DNA of 64,000 nt from Octopus vulgaris (Eukaryota), in NCBI GenBank assembly GCA_951406725.2, contig OX597826.1:3534001-3598000 (forward strand), read 5' to 3'. Made by a program: the position numbers and the translations under genes. Of the stretch, positions 25,559-38,285 are shown piece by piece (the first letter of the stretch is position 1; the number at the start of each line of letters is the position of its first letter). The notes under the pieces were generated by a model. The model made no database searches. It was not told where the DNA came from and saw only the letters and a program-made list of their open reading frames with translations.

Positions 25559-27691
25559 GAAATACTGATATACATTCTATATAAGTCAGTTTATCTCTTT
25601 ACTAGTCTAAATTACATATACGGACTGTAATTTTACTGCTGTTTACTCGCAGACACAGTGTCGTTGCAGCGTCGTAGTAAATACATTGTAACCTATATAC
25701 CTGCTCTTTGCATTATCAGTTCAAATCAGATCAGGTTCAAGTTAACATTAATCATTTTAGGGTCGATTAAAATGTACAAGTAAAAACCTTTAGATTGCCG
25801 AAACTCTCACGGCATTGGACTTGTATGCTTGTTACAGCTAATCCAACAGTTAGCGTTGTGAATTAAAAATCCCATTGCTGTTCAATTGGATGCTTAATTT
25901 TAATCCAATCCTCAGTATCACAAATCCAAATCCCCTTGAGTAAGTTTAGAGTTGGCCACACTGCTAAAAGGAAAAGTATCGGGTCTCCATTTTGACGTAG
26001 TCTCAACCTTCACTCACAGAGACCTTATCAAGGTTATGAGCAGTGTCCTCTCTTGGTAGACAGGCGATAATATAACACCCAGACCAGCAGAGTATGTTAG
26101 CCTATAAGAAGATAGAAAAAATTCATATTCAGTATGATTTATTCATGAATTGACTTTAACTAATTATTTTAGTTCTTTTAATCTTAGGCTTGTGGCAATA
26201 TTAACGTACCAAATTCGTTGGTCATAAACTATTCAAATTATCGAGTCCATATGGATGAAGTGTAAAGTCATCGTGCCTCTTAATGAGACGTAATCAGTTT
26301 CATAGAAACCGTAAAGAATGAGTTCCTATATATATATATTTCGTTAATTCGTATCTGCATTTTCTGTAGGCCGACCTTACCGTCAGTAGAAGGACCCAAA
26401 TCGTTCTAGCATTGACCCCTATATCTCTATTTCTCTTCTTCCATCTGTCTCCTCTCTCCCCCTCTCTCTCTCTCTCACTCTTTCCCATTCTTAGTATTTT
26501 GCTTGAAACATAGTATATATATATATATATATATATTCTCTTTTATTCTTTTATTCTTTTAATTCTTTCAGTCTTTTGACTACGGCCATGCTGGAGCACC
26601 GCCTTTATTCGAACATGTAGACCCCCATATATATATACGTGTGTATATATACGCACACACATAGATATGTTATAGTTTTCTGGTACGTGGTATCGATCAT
26701 GATATAATTCTGTCAATAATAATTATATTTTATAGTTTATAAGCGGTCCCTTAGTACTGACTAACTAAAATAGTCTAATATTGGGACATATGAGCCCTCA
26801 ACGGAAAATTGTAAGGCTTTCTGTGCGCATGGGACTCTAACACACAGCTCTTGTTTGCGCGATAAGTGTGTTAGCAAATAGGTTTGCAAATCACCAGGAG
26901 GCCTCAAGAGACACATTCCTGTCCGTAGAACATGATTACAGTTTTATTTTTACTGAACCCTCATTTGTCGTTCACGACCAGAGAATCCATCCTATATACA
27001 CATATATACAAGGGATATTTTACACGTGTTTCTTCTATGGTAGAAGGCAATTGGATAATGTTTTAAGCGGCAAAGCTAATCGAACCAGGAACTGGTAACC
27101 ATAGCGCTACCCTTGATGATTTTTTTATAACCTTTTTACTATGAGAGGTTTAAAAATATGACAGAAAGACTCAGAAAAGTGTTACAAATGAAGGTACGAT
27201 GCATTGAGGGCGAACCGATTCACAATGATGACGGCGATGATGATAATGACAATGATGTGATAATGATAATGATGATGATAACAATGATAAGGTTTATGAC
27301 CATTATCATCATCATCATCATGAACATCATCATCATCATCACATAGGTGATAATGACAACGATGGTATTTTTATGTTATAGTCTCGCATGTGTAAACTAC
27401 CTGACGACTCAACCATTTCCTGTTGATTTAATGCTTAACCATCGATTGCCTTTGTCTCCCTCACCTCACATTCTCTAGCATTGTCTTTCTTTTCCGCCCC
27501 TAGCTCTCTCTCACACTCTGCCTCTCTCCCTCACACTTTGTCTCTCTCTTACACTTTGCCTGTCTCTCCAACTCAGTTCTCTTTCTCTCTCTCTCTATCG
27601 CTCTCTCTCTCTCTGGATTTTCTCCTCGCATTTTCGAAAACGCATAATTTCATTGTATAATTTCATTGCTTTTTGTCATACTATTTCTACT

Positions 27692-27739
<48 letters not shown>

Positions 27740-27964
27740 ATAGTAGTAGTAGTAGTATTTGCTGCTGTATTTATTGCTGTTCTGTCATCTTTTTGGTTTT
27801 CGTTAATTTTTATCTGCATTTGCTGTAGGCCGACCTTACAATTAGTAGAAGACCCAAAATCGTTCTAGGATTGAACCCTTATAATCTAGATTTCTCTCCC
27901 TCCAACTGTCTCCTCTCCCCCCTCTCTCTCTTTCTCGCTCTCAGTATTTTGTTTGAAACATAGT

Positions 27965-28008
<44 letters not shown>

Positions 28009-28010
<2 letters not shown>

Positions 28011-28238
28011 TCGTTTATTCTTTTATTCTTTTACTGCTTTCAGTCATTTGACTGCGGCCATGCTGGAGCACCGCATTTAGGGAACGTATAGACCCCAGGA
28101 CTTATTCATTGGTCTCTTTTCTTTCGGTCTCTTTTGCCAAAGCACTAAATTACGGGGACGTAAACACACCAACATCTGACACAGAAATACACACACAAAC
28201 ACACACACGCATGTATATATAACTAAAAGAAGCCCGTC

Positions 28239-28278
<40 letters not shown>

Positions 28279-28431
28279 GACGAGCTTCTTTCAGTTTCCC
28301 TCCACGAAATCCATTCACAAGGTTTTCATCGTGCTGAGGCTATAGTAGAAGACACCCGCGAAAAGTGCCACGCAGTAGGAATGAACACGGAACCATGTGG
28401 TTCGGAAACATGTTTCTTACCACACAACCGC
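28009..28431 (-). mobile_element. SINE family A
   Basis: Matches 14592-15049. Confidence 0.85.
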
Positions 28432-30508
28432 TAAGACGACAGCCATGTGTCTATTTCCCCACATATATCTTTAGCAGGTATAGGGCAAGATTTCAGGAGG
28501 AATTTCAATGTTATTTCTAGCATCTCGATTGGCAGTGAAGTTGTCTTTTCTTCAAGTTGGTTCTTCACTTTACTTAAAATAACTCTCACTCTCTTTATTA
28601 ACTACACTCGACTGGACAACTTACGTTTGGACTCTATCACAATGAAGTATTCGTCGGTTATTTCAATGTCTATAATGAACAATTCGAAGCAAAACTGTCA
28701 CCACCTTCCTTCGTATGAATTATTTTAGCCCAGAAGCACAAACAAAAACCATTTACAAAAGTGGTATGGCTATTTCTTTTTAATTCATTTTATTTTATTT
28801 TACTTTCTTCTGCCTAGTATTCCACTCGATACACAAGCATGTCGGAACAAGTAGTTAGAACACATCAGCTTTTGTTTTCGGTTTACACTTGATGCAATGT
28901 GTTGAATGAGGACGTTTACAATATTTGCTACTAGCGATGGTGCTTTTCATTCATGTATAATTATGTTAAAATTTCTTATTTTAAAACCTCTTTGAATTCC
29001 ATAGTTAAACTTTTACATTGTCTGGGGTGGTGGGGTTAGCTTTATGTTTGTTTGTTTTGTTTTTTTTCATAAATCTAATAAAGGAAACATTTGTTTTATA
29101 GAAACACATTAAACTTAAGCAAAAAACACACATAAATATTGAGATACACTCCAACCCAAACACATACTCAAACACATGGTATATCTCACGTGGGCACATT
29201 GAAGATCCACAGTTAAAAAAAAATTTATTTACAGAAATTACAGCCTTTGGTCTTGAAGAAAAGAGAAGCCATGGTGGATAACGTATAGCAATGTACGACT
29301 CAATGTCACAAAATATGGTCAGAGTTGGAAGAATCTTTCTAGATATTTCTCATGGTCAGTAACGGTTAACCTAGGGTTAAACAATAATACAGCAGCATGC
29401 AAATCACGAAACACTCAGAAAACAATGTTCACCCATTTCCAAGATGATTGCTTTGTCTGACTTGGCAGAACTGAGAATCAATAAAATACGAACACCAAAT
29501 ATTTGGGGAGATAGGAATCAGTAATAATTCCAGTATTCATGTTTCTTTTGTTTTTTTCCAATTTTTAGCCATTTTTATATCCTCACCTTTCTTTTTATTC
29601 ATTTTTACATTTTGCTGGGGGGTTTTGTTATTTTTCTGTTGACTGGTACCAGATCAATTGTAAAAGGTATCCCATCACTGACCATCCCGTCTTTACCCCC
29701 TGTATAATATAGGACAACATTACTTCAAATGTCCTACTTTTTCTCAAAGGAAGCTGAATGTGATTTGCTAAAGATTTACAGATTTCAGCCTTTTTGTGCA
29801 GGATGAATGCGCGATCTCTCCCGCTATTTATTGGTCTTTCCCACCATCTAATACCGCTTTAACTAATTACAAATCCTGCCATTCTTTTCTATGTATTGTG
29901 GTATTTGCCATTATTTCGATATTGTTTCTCCCCGGGGAAAGCATGAATGGGTTGACATATGAACAAAATGCTTACAAGCAATAGGCTTCCTATCGTTTAG
30001 TGCTATCTCCTATCACATTTTGATCTGTTCCTCTTTCGTCGTCTTATGATTATATAAAGCAATTTTAAGAAAATTTAGGTTATATTTCTAGCATCTACAC
30101 CGACAGCATTCAGACACCAACGCTGTCGATGTTGTAAAAGCTCCTGTGCAACATTGAAAAGATAATGAGATATATTAATGTCGCTTTTTATTGTCATGTC
30201 GACGTTCGCAGAAACGTAGTATACGTATTTTATGGGGCTAAATTAATGTAGTCAAATGACTGTAATAATATGCTGCACAGTTTAGCAGGAGACGTATAAA
30301 AATATAGAAAATTATAATATATATAGTAAGAATAAAAACAAAAATAGCATCAAAAATATAAAAGTATAGTTGATATGTTTATTGGGTAACATGCGGGAAG
30401 TAAAATATAAAACGCTGTTTTCTATGTATAACCAAGTTATTAAATAAAGCACAGACGTTGTAAATATAGAGTAAATATAGAGTATATACATATATATATA
30501 CATATATA

Positions 30509-30579
<71 letters not shown>

Positions 30580-30632
30580 TCAGTTTATATACTCAGTATA
30601 TATACTTAGTTGAAGCATTCCTGTAACAACCT

Positions 30633-30676
30633 GGGACCTTGAAGACTGCTTAAATGCAAGAAAGTATACTCGTCCC
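30633..30676 (+). ncRNA. Type I hammerhead ribozyme motif, near-intact
   Basis: gggac | CTTGAAGA (one extra U) | ctgc-ttaaat-gcaa | GAAA gtatac TC | gtccc; helix I is 5 perfect bp; palindromic helix III. Confidence 0.6.
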
Positions 30677-30852
30677 TTAATATTTGATATTCAATATTTC
30701 ATCTCTTCAATAAGATAATTAATACTTCATTTCATTTTACTATATATACTATGTGTTCTACATTAATATTATAAAGAATATAAATAAAACATAAACAGAG
30801 TTGGAATTCCTTTGAATAATATACATCCTTCTATACACAATCATACAAACCC

Positions 30853-30898
<46 letters not shown>

Positions 30899-31036
30899 AA
30901 TAATATTTGGGTAATAAGAATTATAGAAATTAATATTACCAGTGGCTTAGCACAGAAATGTTTTTTGAAAAATTAGGATATACAGGCAACTAGTTTACAT
31001 ACGAATCTAGTTGTGTAAATATTTGAAATCTAAAGG

Positions 31037-31165
31037 CTCCACTCAGCTGGCAAAAGCGAGTAACGCTGCGATGGACTGGCGTTCCGTCCAGCTGGGGAAC
31101 ACATACGCCATAGAAACCGTGAAACCGGGCCCATGAGCATGGCTAGGCTTTAAAAAGGGCGCATT
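31037..31165 (+). mobile_element. SINE family F-related 3' half
   Basis: gctgcgatggactggcg...gaaaccgggcccatgagc.tggctaggct matches the reverse complement of 25260-25360. Confidence 0.8.
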
Positions 31166-32084
31166 TATTTTTTTTATTAATCCATGAGTTCCAGTATGAG
31201 GCTAAACAATAATTTTCATACTCGAGAAACACAGTGCAGACATTCTGTTGTGTAATCTTATTTATGTATACTGACAGTTGAAACTTGTTCCATGTTATAT
31301 AGAGTGGAAATTATTTCTTTGGAATAACTGTTTAGTAAATATTTTACGCCTAACTTAGGTATATTTTCTCGCCAGGGATGCGCAACAAACAATCCGAATG
31401 CCAAGTTTTCGGTGAAATATGAATCACTAAAATGGCTATATTGGTTTTGTTACTGCTGCTTTCGAGTAATACTATGGAAGTCTTTTTATTATGCTTGTCT
31501 TATTTTGTTTTATAACTTGCTTGTTTTGTGGTAAACGTTTTGTTGAAAAATTTCACGTTAGACTGCTTCAAGCATATTTATGATAAAATCTGTCCCAGTA
31601 GCACACACCCCGTCTTTTCTTCAAGTATAATTTAGAACCTTGTTATGTCAATCTTCTTATCCTTTTTAAAAGAAAGTAGAAGGTGATTTCAAGATGATTT
31701 GCAACTCTGTTTTTCAGGTGGATCTTAATATCTCTCGCGTTGAATATTTACTCTCCTTTAGGTATAATTCGGAGCCATTCTGAAACTTGTTAAGTAGATC
31801 AAAATATATTTCCCAACGGAAGAGTATTAATGCTGAAACATATTCACAGCCATTAGAATATTCAAGTTACTCGACGTCAGCTGAGACTACACAGTACATA
31901 CTCTTCGAAACGCAGAGTGACATACAGGCCATTGCCAATCTTGCCATTACGCTGCTAAATGATATATCTAATAAGCAAATTTCACCCAGTTCATTGTCAT
32001 CATCCACAAATCTGTGTATATAACTTAGCCTCAACTTTTGTCCATTTCTCATGAATTTCGGCATCCTGAAACTATTCTCTAACG

Positions 32085-32290
32085 TACGAGAGTTTGCTGA
32101 AAAGTTTTTGGCTTTGGGTAAAAGAAAATACTGGTGGGTCAGTTAATTATGATGTCATTCAACATATTCTCCTCTCAAATTCACGCACTTCAGTTTTTCT
32201 AAGCGCTGCAAAAGAACTCGGAAGGCTGGGCCTCCAGCCAGGCTTTTCGCGATGTCCTTAAAACCTGTAACGTTGTAGCACCCCCTCGTC
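32085..32290. mobile_element. mariner-derived MITE (decayed TIRs)
   Basis: Left tacgagagtttgctgaaaagtt versus right aacgttgtagcaccccctcgt; TACGAGGG-type termini. Confidence 0.6.
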
Positions 32291-33387
32291 TAATGGTAAC
32301 ATAAATCTCCAGAATAATAAGCAGAACCTGTCAAAGTTGCATAAACGTTTAGTACATATATTTCAATATGGCCACAAATTTTCTGGTAGTAAGCGTCAAC
32401 AGTCAGGCGGTAATATACAATATACAACAAGAAAGACATAAGTGTCTGCAACGGCCACATGATATTTAAGACACACTACTTTCCAGCCATTTTTTCAAAA
32501 TTATTGACTACATAAAAAAGAGAACAAGTAGTTAGTTTAGACAATTCTATACTTTTAAATACGTTGCCGATATCTATTAAGCAAGGGGATCAACTACTAA
32601 AGCAGGTTATTTCCCGTGCTTTATCAAACATGTAAACAGAAACCATTATTAATAAATGACAGAAAAAGTACTTCATTTCCTAAGGGAGGAAATCTCCATA
32701 TTCTGTTAAATATTTTACTTATATTACCATTCACAAAGAAACATAGAGAATAGAATAAGCGATTGTTACATAATGTATTACGAGCTATAAAACACCTAAT
32801 TTGTAAAAATATTTTAAATCGACGAAATGTTTAACCATAGTTAGAGAATCTTCTGAATCTATTGTACAATTTCTATATTAATATCGACATAAGAGCATTA
32901 CTAGCGCAATATATCAATGCTAAAGAAAGAAGCGTCTAATTTAATAAAAGTAAAAAGTCTAAGTTTGATTTAGTGACGGAAATCAGGAAATTGCGAAAAA
33001 AAAGTTCCACAGAGAAATTCAGGAGCAACAGGAAACGGACATGATAAACATCCGAAAATATTGGTTCAAAAGAATGTTACACAAGATTCAGATTTATATT
33101 AAAAGTGAAACGTAAGGCTAAATACGATCATTGTTATGTACACATAAACTATACGTCAACATTGCAATATCTTATAATACATTAGACATTATTTGAAGGT
33201 CCTGCAGAGAGAAACGAGGATAACTTATTGCATCATAAACGTGATTATTCCAGATCGTTCCAGTTGGCGATTTGAAAACTACCACCCTCTCCTGATTGAG
33301 CAGCTGTACAGCAGACTCTAGGACCCTATACATTCAGCTTTATGACTTTACTGTCACGGGGGACATAACACTAATTCTCCCATGTTT

Positions 33388-33451
<64 letters not shown>

Positions 33452-33703
33452 ACATAGGTAAATGTCGAACGATGATAATTAGTGCTCAACACCGAGTTGA
33501 CGGATATAATTTCTATATTTGTGAATTAAGGCTACCGATGGTTTCATCATAAGAAAAGTAGGAAAGCATCCCAGAGTCTTAACAATTTTTGAAGCTGATA
33601 ACATGTAGAAAAGTGTTCTCCTCCATTTTGGAATACACACACATGCACACACACATACACACATACACACAAAGAGATACAAACGCGCACACACACACAT
33701 TTC

Positions 33704-34020
33704 TTTTACTTGTTTCAGACATTTGACTGCGGTCATGCTGGAGCACCGCATTTAGTTGAAGAAATCGATCCCAGGAATTATTATTTGTAAGCTTGCTACT
33801 TATTCTACTGGTCGCTTTTGCCAAACCGCTACGTTACAGGGAGGTAAACAAACCAACATCAGTTGTCAAGTGATGATGGTGGGGGGACAAGCACAGACAC
33901 ATGACAGGCTTCTTTCAGTTTCCGTCTACCAAATTCACTGACATGGCTTTGGTCGGCTGGAGGGTATGGTAGAAGACATCTGTCCAAGGTTCCACGCAGT
34001 GGAACTGAACCTGGAACCAT
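33704..34020 (-). mobile_element. SINE family A
   Basis: Matches the family A consensus. Confidence 0.85.
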
Positions 34021-34371
34021 ATATACAAGTCTGCGTGTGTATGTTTATGTGCTATACATATTTATGGAGAATATAAAATAAAACATTTTACACCGTAAAA
34101 ACAGGAGCGAGAGAGAGGAGGGAGAGAGGGGGAGAGAGGCATTGGTGGTCAATGGAAACTACATAGAACAAAGATAATCAGAATCGTATGGGAAAGCAAG
34201 TTATAAGAAGAAGCATTGAGCTCTGTATATAAAGGGAAGACTTAAGCTATAATTTAGTAGATAAAAATAATAGAAACATGTTTACATTCGGAAAAGTCAA
34301 TAATTAAAGAAACGCCTGGAAACACTTAAGAAAAATTAAAAAGAAAATGCTTTCAAATGATCAATATAAGT

Positions 34372-34795
34372 CGCAGGATTGGCTGTGTGATAAGTAGCTT
34401 GCTTACCAACCACATGGTTCCGGGTTCAGTCCCACTGCGTGGCACCTTGGGCAAGTGTCTTCTACTATAACCTCGGGTCCACCAAAGACTTATGAGTGAA
34501 TTTGGTAGACGGAAACTGAAAGAAACCCGTCGTCTCTCTCTCTCTATCTATATATATATATATGTGTATGTATGTATATATATATGTGTATGCGTTTGTG
34601 TGACTGTTTGTCTTCCCCAACATCGTTTGACAACCGATGCTGGTGTGTTTACGTCCCCGTAACTTAGTGGTTCGGCAAATGTGCCCGATAGAATAAGTAC
34701 TAGGCTTACAAAGAATAAGTCCTGGGGCTGATTTCCTCGACTAAAGGCGGTGCTCCAGCATGACCGTAGTCAAATGACTGAAACAAATAAACAGA
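34372..34795 (+). mobile_element. SINE family A, full length
   Basis: Head ggctgtgtgataagtagc...ggcaccttgggcaagtg through to the tail. Confidence 0.9.
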
Positions 34796-35350
34796 AAAAA
34801 AGGGAAAAAAAAGAAAAAGAAAAAGGAATAAAACAAACTAGATAGAGAGAAAATAGTTGAAATAAAAAGACAGCAATGGTTCAAAGTTTTTGGAAAGGAC
34901 GCAAAATAGCAAGATCTGAACTTGGTTGGAAAAGATCAATGCCTAATGATAAAACCAGGCAAAGAGAAAAATAAAACGGGAGACTATCATAAGTTGTAGA
35001 CTAAGCAATCAACTCCATCATTACCTGAAACTTATTTGTCGCGTCGAGTGAATTTATCAACACACATGATTGGTTATGTGGCTGTATCCATTGGGTATTT
35101 CATGTAACGATTCATGTGAACATTGAGAATAAGTCATATATACGCAACAAAAGCTGGATCAAATTGATATATACTGTTTCTGTTTTTTTTTCCTTTGTTT
35201 TTGTCTCGTGTTACTCTTTCTACCAATGTTTACCTAATAAATGTCTGATCTTTTTTTTCCTGCTGCCGCTGTTCTTCCATATCTAAATTATGTAATCAGT
35301 GTGTATAACATATCTGCTCTGATTCACATTACAAGTTTATTTTATATGAC

Positions 35351-35770
35351 GGATCTTTTCGGTTTGAACGGCAGTTTTTCTAGCGGTGTCATATGAAATT
35401 GTCACCCATAATTATGACCCTAGTATCGATCTATTGCATTTCAATCTGTTTTAGGGTTAGGGTTAGTTAGGCTTCGAGTTAGGGTTTATCTTTTTTTCTT
35501 CACAAATGTAAATAAACCCAATCTGTTTCTTAAACGAGGGACATATTCATACGGCACAGAATGTTTTTGACCTCAATAGACGTCAGTGAGTGGTTGAAAT
35601 TGCAGAAATTGAAGAAAAAAGCAACAAATATCTTACAAACCATAGAATTTTCTCAATAAAGCCAAGAGAAAAAGATGTTTTATAAACACATTCAACCAGT
35701 ATACGAAGTTTAAAATTTTTTAGTTACCTAGAAATTATGTTAAAAACTGCCGTTCAAACCGAAAAGGTCC
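35351..35770. mobile_element. MITE, 420 bp, 29-bp TIRs, 8-bp TSD (Merlin- or hAT-type), internal TTAGGG repeats
   Basis: TIR ggatcttttcggtttgaacggcagttttt / aaaaactgccgttcaaaccgaaaaggtcc; TSD tatatgac at 35343-35350 and 35771-35778. Confidence 0.9.
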
Positions 35771-35882
35771 TATATGACAATGATTCCAACACCCTTCGCA
35801 CACGAGCGCGCATTCACACACACGTACACACGCATAATTTAATATAAGTTAATTGGCCCTGACCACGGATAATTTTATATCA

Positions 35883-36240
35883 CTACTTGGAAAATACATT
35901 GAAGTTGTTATTCCAATCATTCATCTGGTTTGAAAACATATATCCAAGTGTAGATGATTTATCTAGAAATTTCTGGAGATATACATCCGGTAACCGTTTG
36001 ACTGTTATGAGACCCTTTCCTCCCCTTATATGTGTTGACATGATTTTAAACAGACCAGAGTCAGTTAAAGTTAAATAGTTCTGGCGTAATGTCATTATGT
36101 GATGCGAGCAAAGATTTGTAGAGGAATAGCGCGGATGAATCTTAAAGCTGATGCCGATATCATGTAGGCGATACTGTTTGAATATTTTATACATCAAGCA
36201 AATGATATAGCGCTCATATCGTTGTTGGAATGAATCAATT
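35883..36240 (-). mobile_element. Decayed R4/Dong-like thumb-domain fragment
   Basis: 'RQNYLTLTDSG...HIRGGKGLITVK' resembles the TRKLLT...R..GGRGL motif. Confidence 0.4.
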
Positions 36241-36392
36241 TTAAGCTTCTCCAGCTGATCCCAATAATCATGACCTGTCGTGTAAATTTTTTCTTTGTGA
36301 GTGATATCTGAGGTTCATCAATTTATATATACTCTTTCGTCTAGGGAGATGATAGTAAACAACAGTGTATTTATATATACATGCATATACAT

Positions 36393-36803
36393 AGGCGTAG
36401 GAGTTGGCTGTGTGGTAAGTAGCTTATTTACGAACCACATGATGTGGTAAGTAGCTTACTTACAAACCACATGGTTCCGAGTTCAGTCCCAATGCGTGCC
36501 ACCTTGGGTAAGTGTCTACCAAAGCCTTGTAAGTGGATTTTGGAGACGGAAAATGGAAGAAGTCCGTTGAATATATGTATATATATGTATGTGTGTATAT
36601 GTTTGTGTGTCTGTGTTTGTGTCCCCACCATCGTTTGACAACCGATGTTGGTGTGTTTACTTAGCGGTTCGGCGAAATAGACCGATAGAATAAGTACTAG
36701 GCTTACAAAGAATAAGTCCTGGGGTCGATTTGCTCGACCAAAGGCGGTGCTCCAGCATGGCCACAGTCAAATAACTGAAACAAGTAAAGGAATAAAAGAG
36801 TTA
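36393..36803 (+). mobile_element. SINE family A with a 32-bp tandem duplication in the head
   Basis: tgtggtaagtagctta.ttac.aaccacatg occurs twice (36412, 36443). Confidence 0.88.
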
Positions 36804-37744
36804 AGAGTAGGTACCCCCACCACACACACACACACGCACACACCCGCGCAGGCATATGTATGTGTCTAAACTCATCCGAATGCACGCACTCAATTAGAGT
36901 AAAACAACTTAAGACGAAATTGAACTGTTGCAAAAGTGACAAGAAATGCTACCCAGCATATTGCAATTCGATACTCTGAGATCTCATGTATTATATTTTT
37001 GTAGCGTATCCGGAATTGAAGTTGAATCTAAAAAGAATGCACAGAAACTTCTTGTCAGTTTGACTGACACGATTAAACTAGTACAGTGTATTCGAAGAAA
37101 ATAACTCTGAACATTCGCTTTTATTTAACGGCAATATCGTGACTTTTCTTAAGTAAACACACCGCCATCATTCTACCTCACACCATGAAAATGTAATTAT
37201 TTTGTCGCTTGATAATTACTAAATCTGACATGTAGTTAAATCACCAAAACCCGTCTTACTAAATTTCAGGCAAAATACTATAGGTCTAATAAATCAAAGA
37301 GACGGAAATATTTTCACTCATTTCACGCCAACACATGCATGAAATGGGAAATGGAATGTTTAGTGTTCTTACAAATGACGCATAACATCGTGTCTAGCAC
37401 ATTTGACTTCTTCCACTTTCATTTCATTGAAAAAAATAAAATAAATTAAAAGAAAAACACCCAAACGAATGCAGTTTTTTTATTCTTTTTTACTTCATGT
37501 AAGCTTTATTCGCGTTGCTAGAATTCTTGCTATTCGTGATGAAAGGTGTTATCCTATTGTCTACATATTTTATCAGTAGAACATTTAATATATACAATAG
37601 AGACTAAATAACAAACTCTGCAAAATATTCTAAAGTTTGTGATTGGCTGTAAGATGGAAAGGAATTTGCATATCGGTTATCGCTAATATTAAACGAACTG
37701 AAATGCTGTTGAACAAAAGTGTGGAACCGATATTAGTATCTAAT

Positions 37745-38285
37745 ATTGGCTTCAGATTTTGGAACAAAGCGAGCAATTCTAGGGGAGGGGTAAGTCGATT
37801 ACTTACTAGTTCTTATTGTATCGGTCCTGAAAGGATGAAAGGTAAATTCGACTCCGGCTGCATTTGAACCCAGAACTTAAAGACAGACGAAATCTCGCTC
37901 AGCATTTTGCACGCCAAGGTATCGATTTTATCAACGCTCTTCCTTTAGTTAGTTTCTAATATTAGCATTAAATTCAAATTCCGCCGAAGTCAACTTTGCC
38001 TTTCATCCTTCCAGAGTCGACAAAATAATTAACTCAGCCACTTCATAGAAACTGCTGGCCTTGTGCCAAAATTAGAAACTAATATTAGCTTTAAATTTTG
38101 ACACAAGGCCAACAATTTCGGGAGAGAGAATAAGTCGATTACATTGATTTCAGTGCTCAACTTATACTTAATTATATCGACACCGAAAGGATGAAAGGAA
38201 AAATGGACCCCGGCGGCAGACGGACAAACTACTGCTAAGCTTCTTAGCGGACGAGCTAACGATTACCCCAGTTCGCCGTCTTCGC
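37745..38285. mobile_element. Cluster of three family B2 SINE pieces in alternating orientation
   Basis: Minus 37745-37940, plus 37970-38085, minus 38090-38285. Confidence 0.75.

Noticed and set aside
34085-35110. Possible plus-strand R4/Dong relic around the SINE at 34372 (and possible REL traces at 13600-13800)
   Set aside because: Only faint motif echoes (e.g. 'EFINTHDWLCGCIHW'); too degenerate to call without an alignment.
35451-35486. TTAGGG repeats as a telomere or chromosome-fusion scar
   Set aside because: There are only a few units and they lie inside a MITE with TIRs and a TSD.
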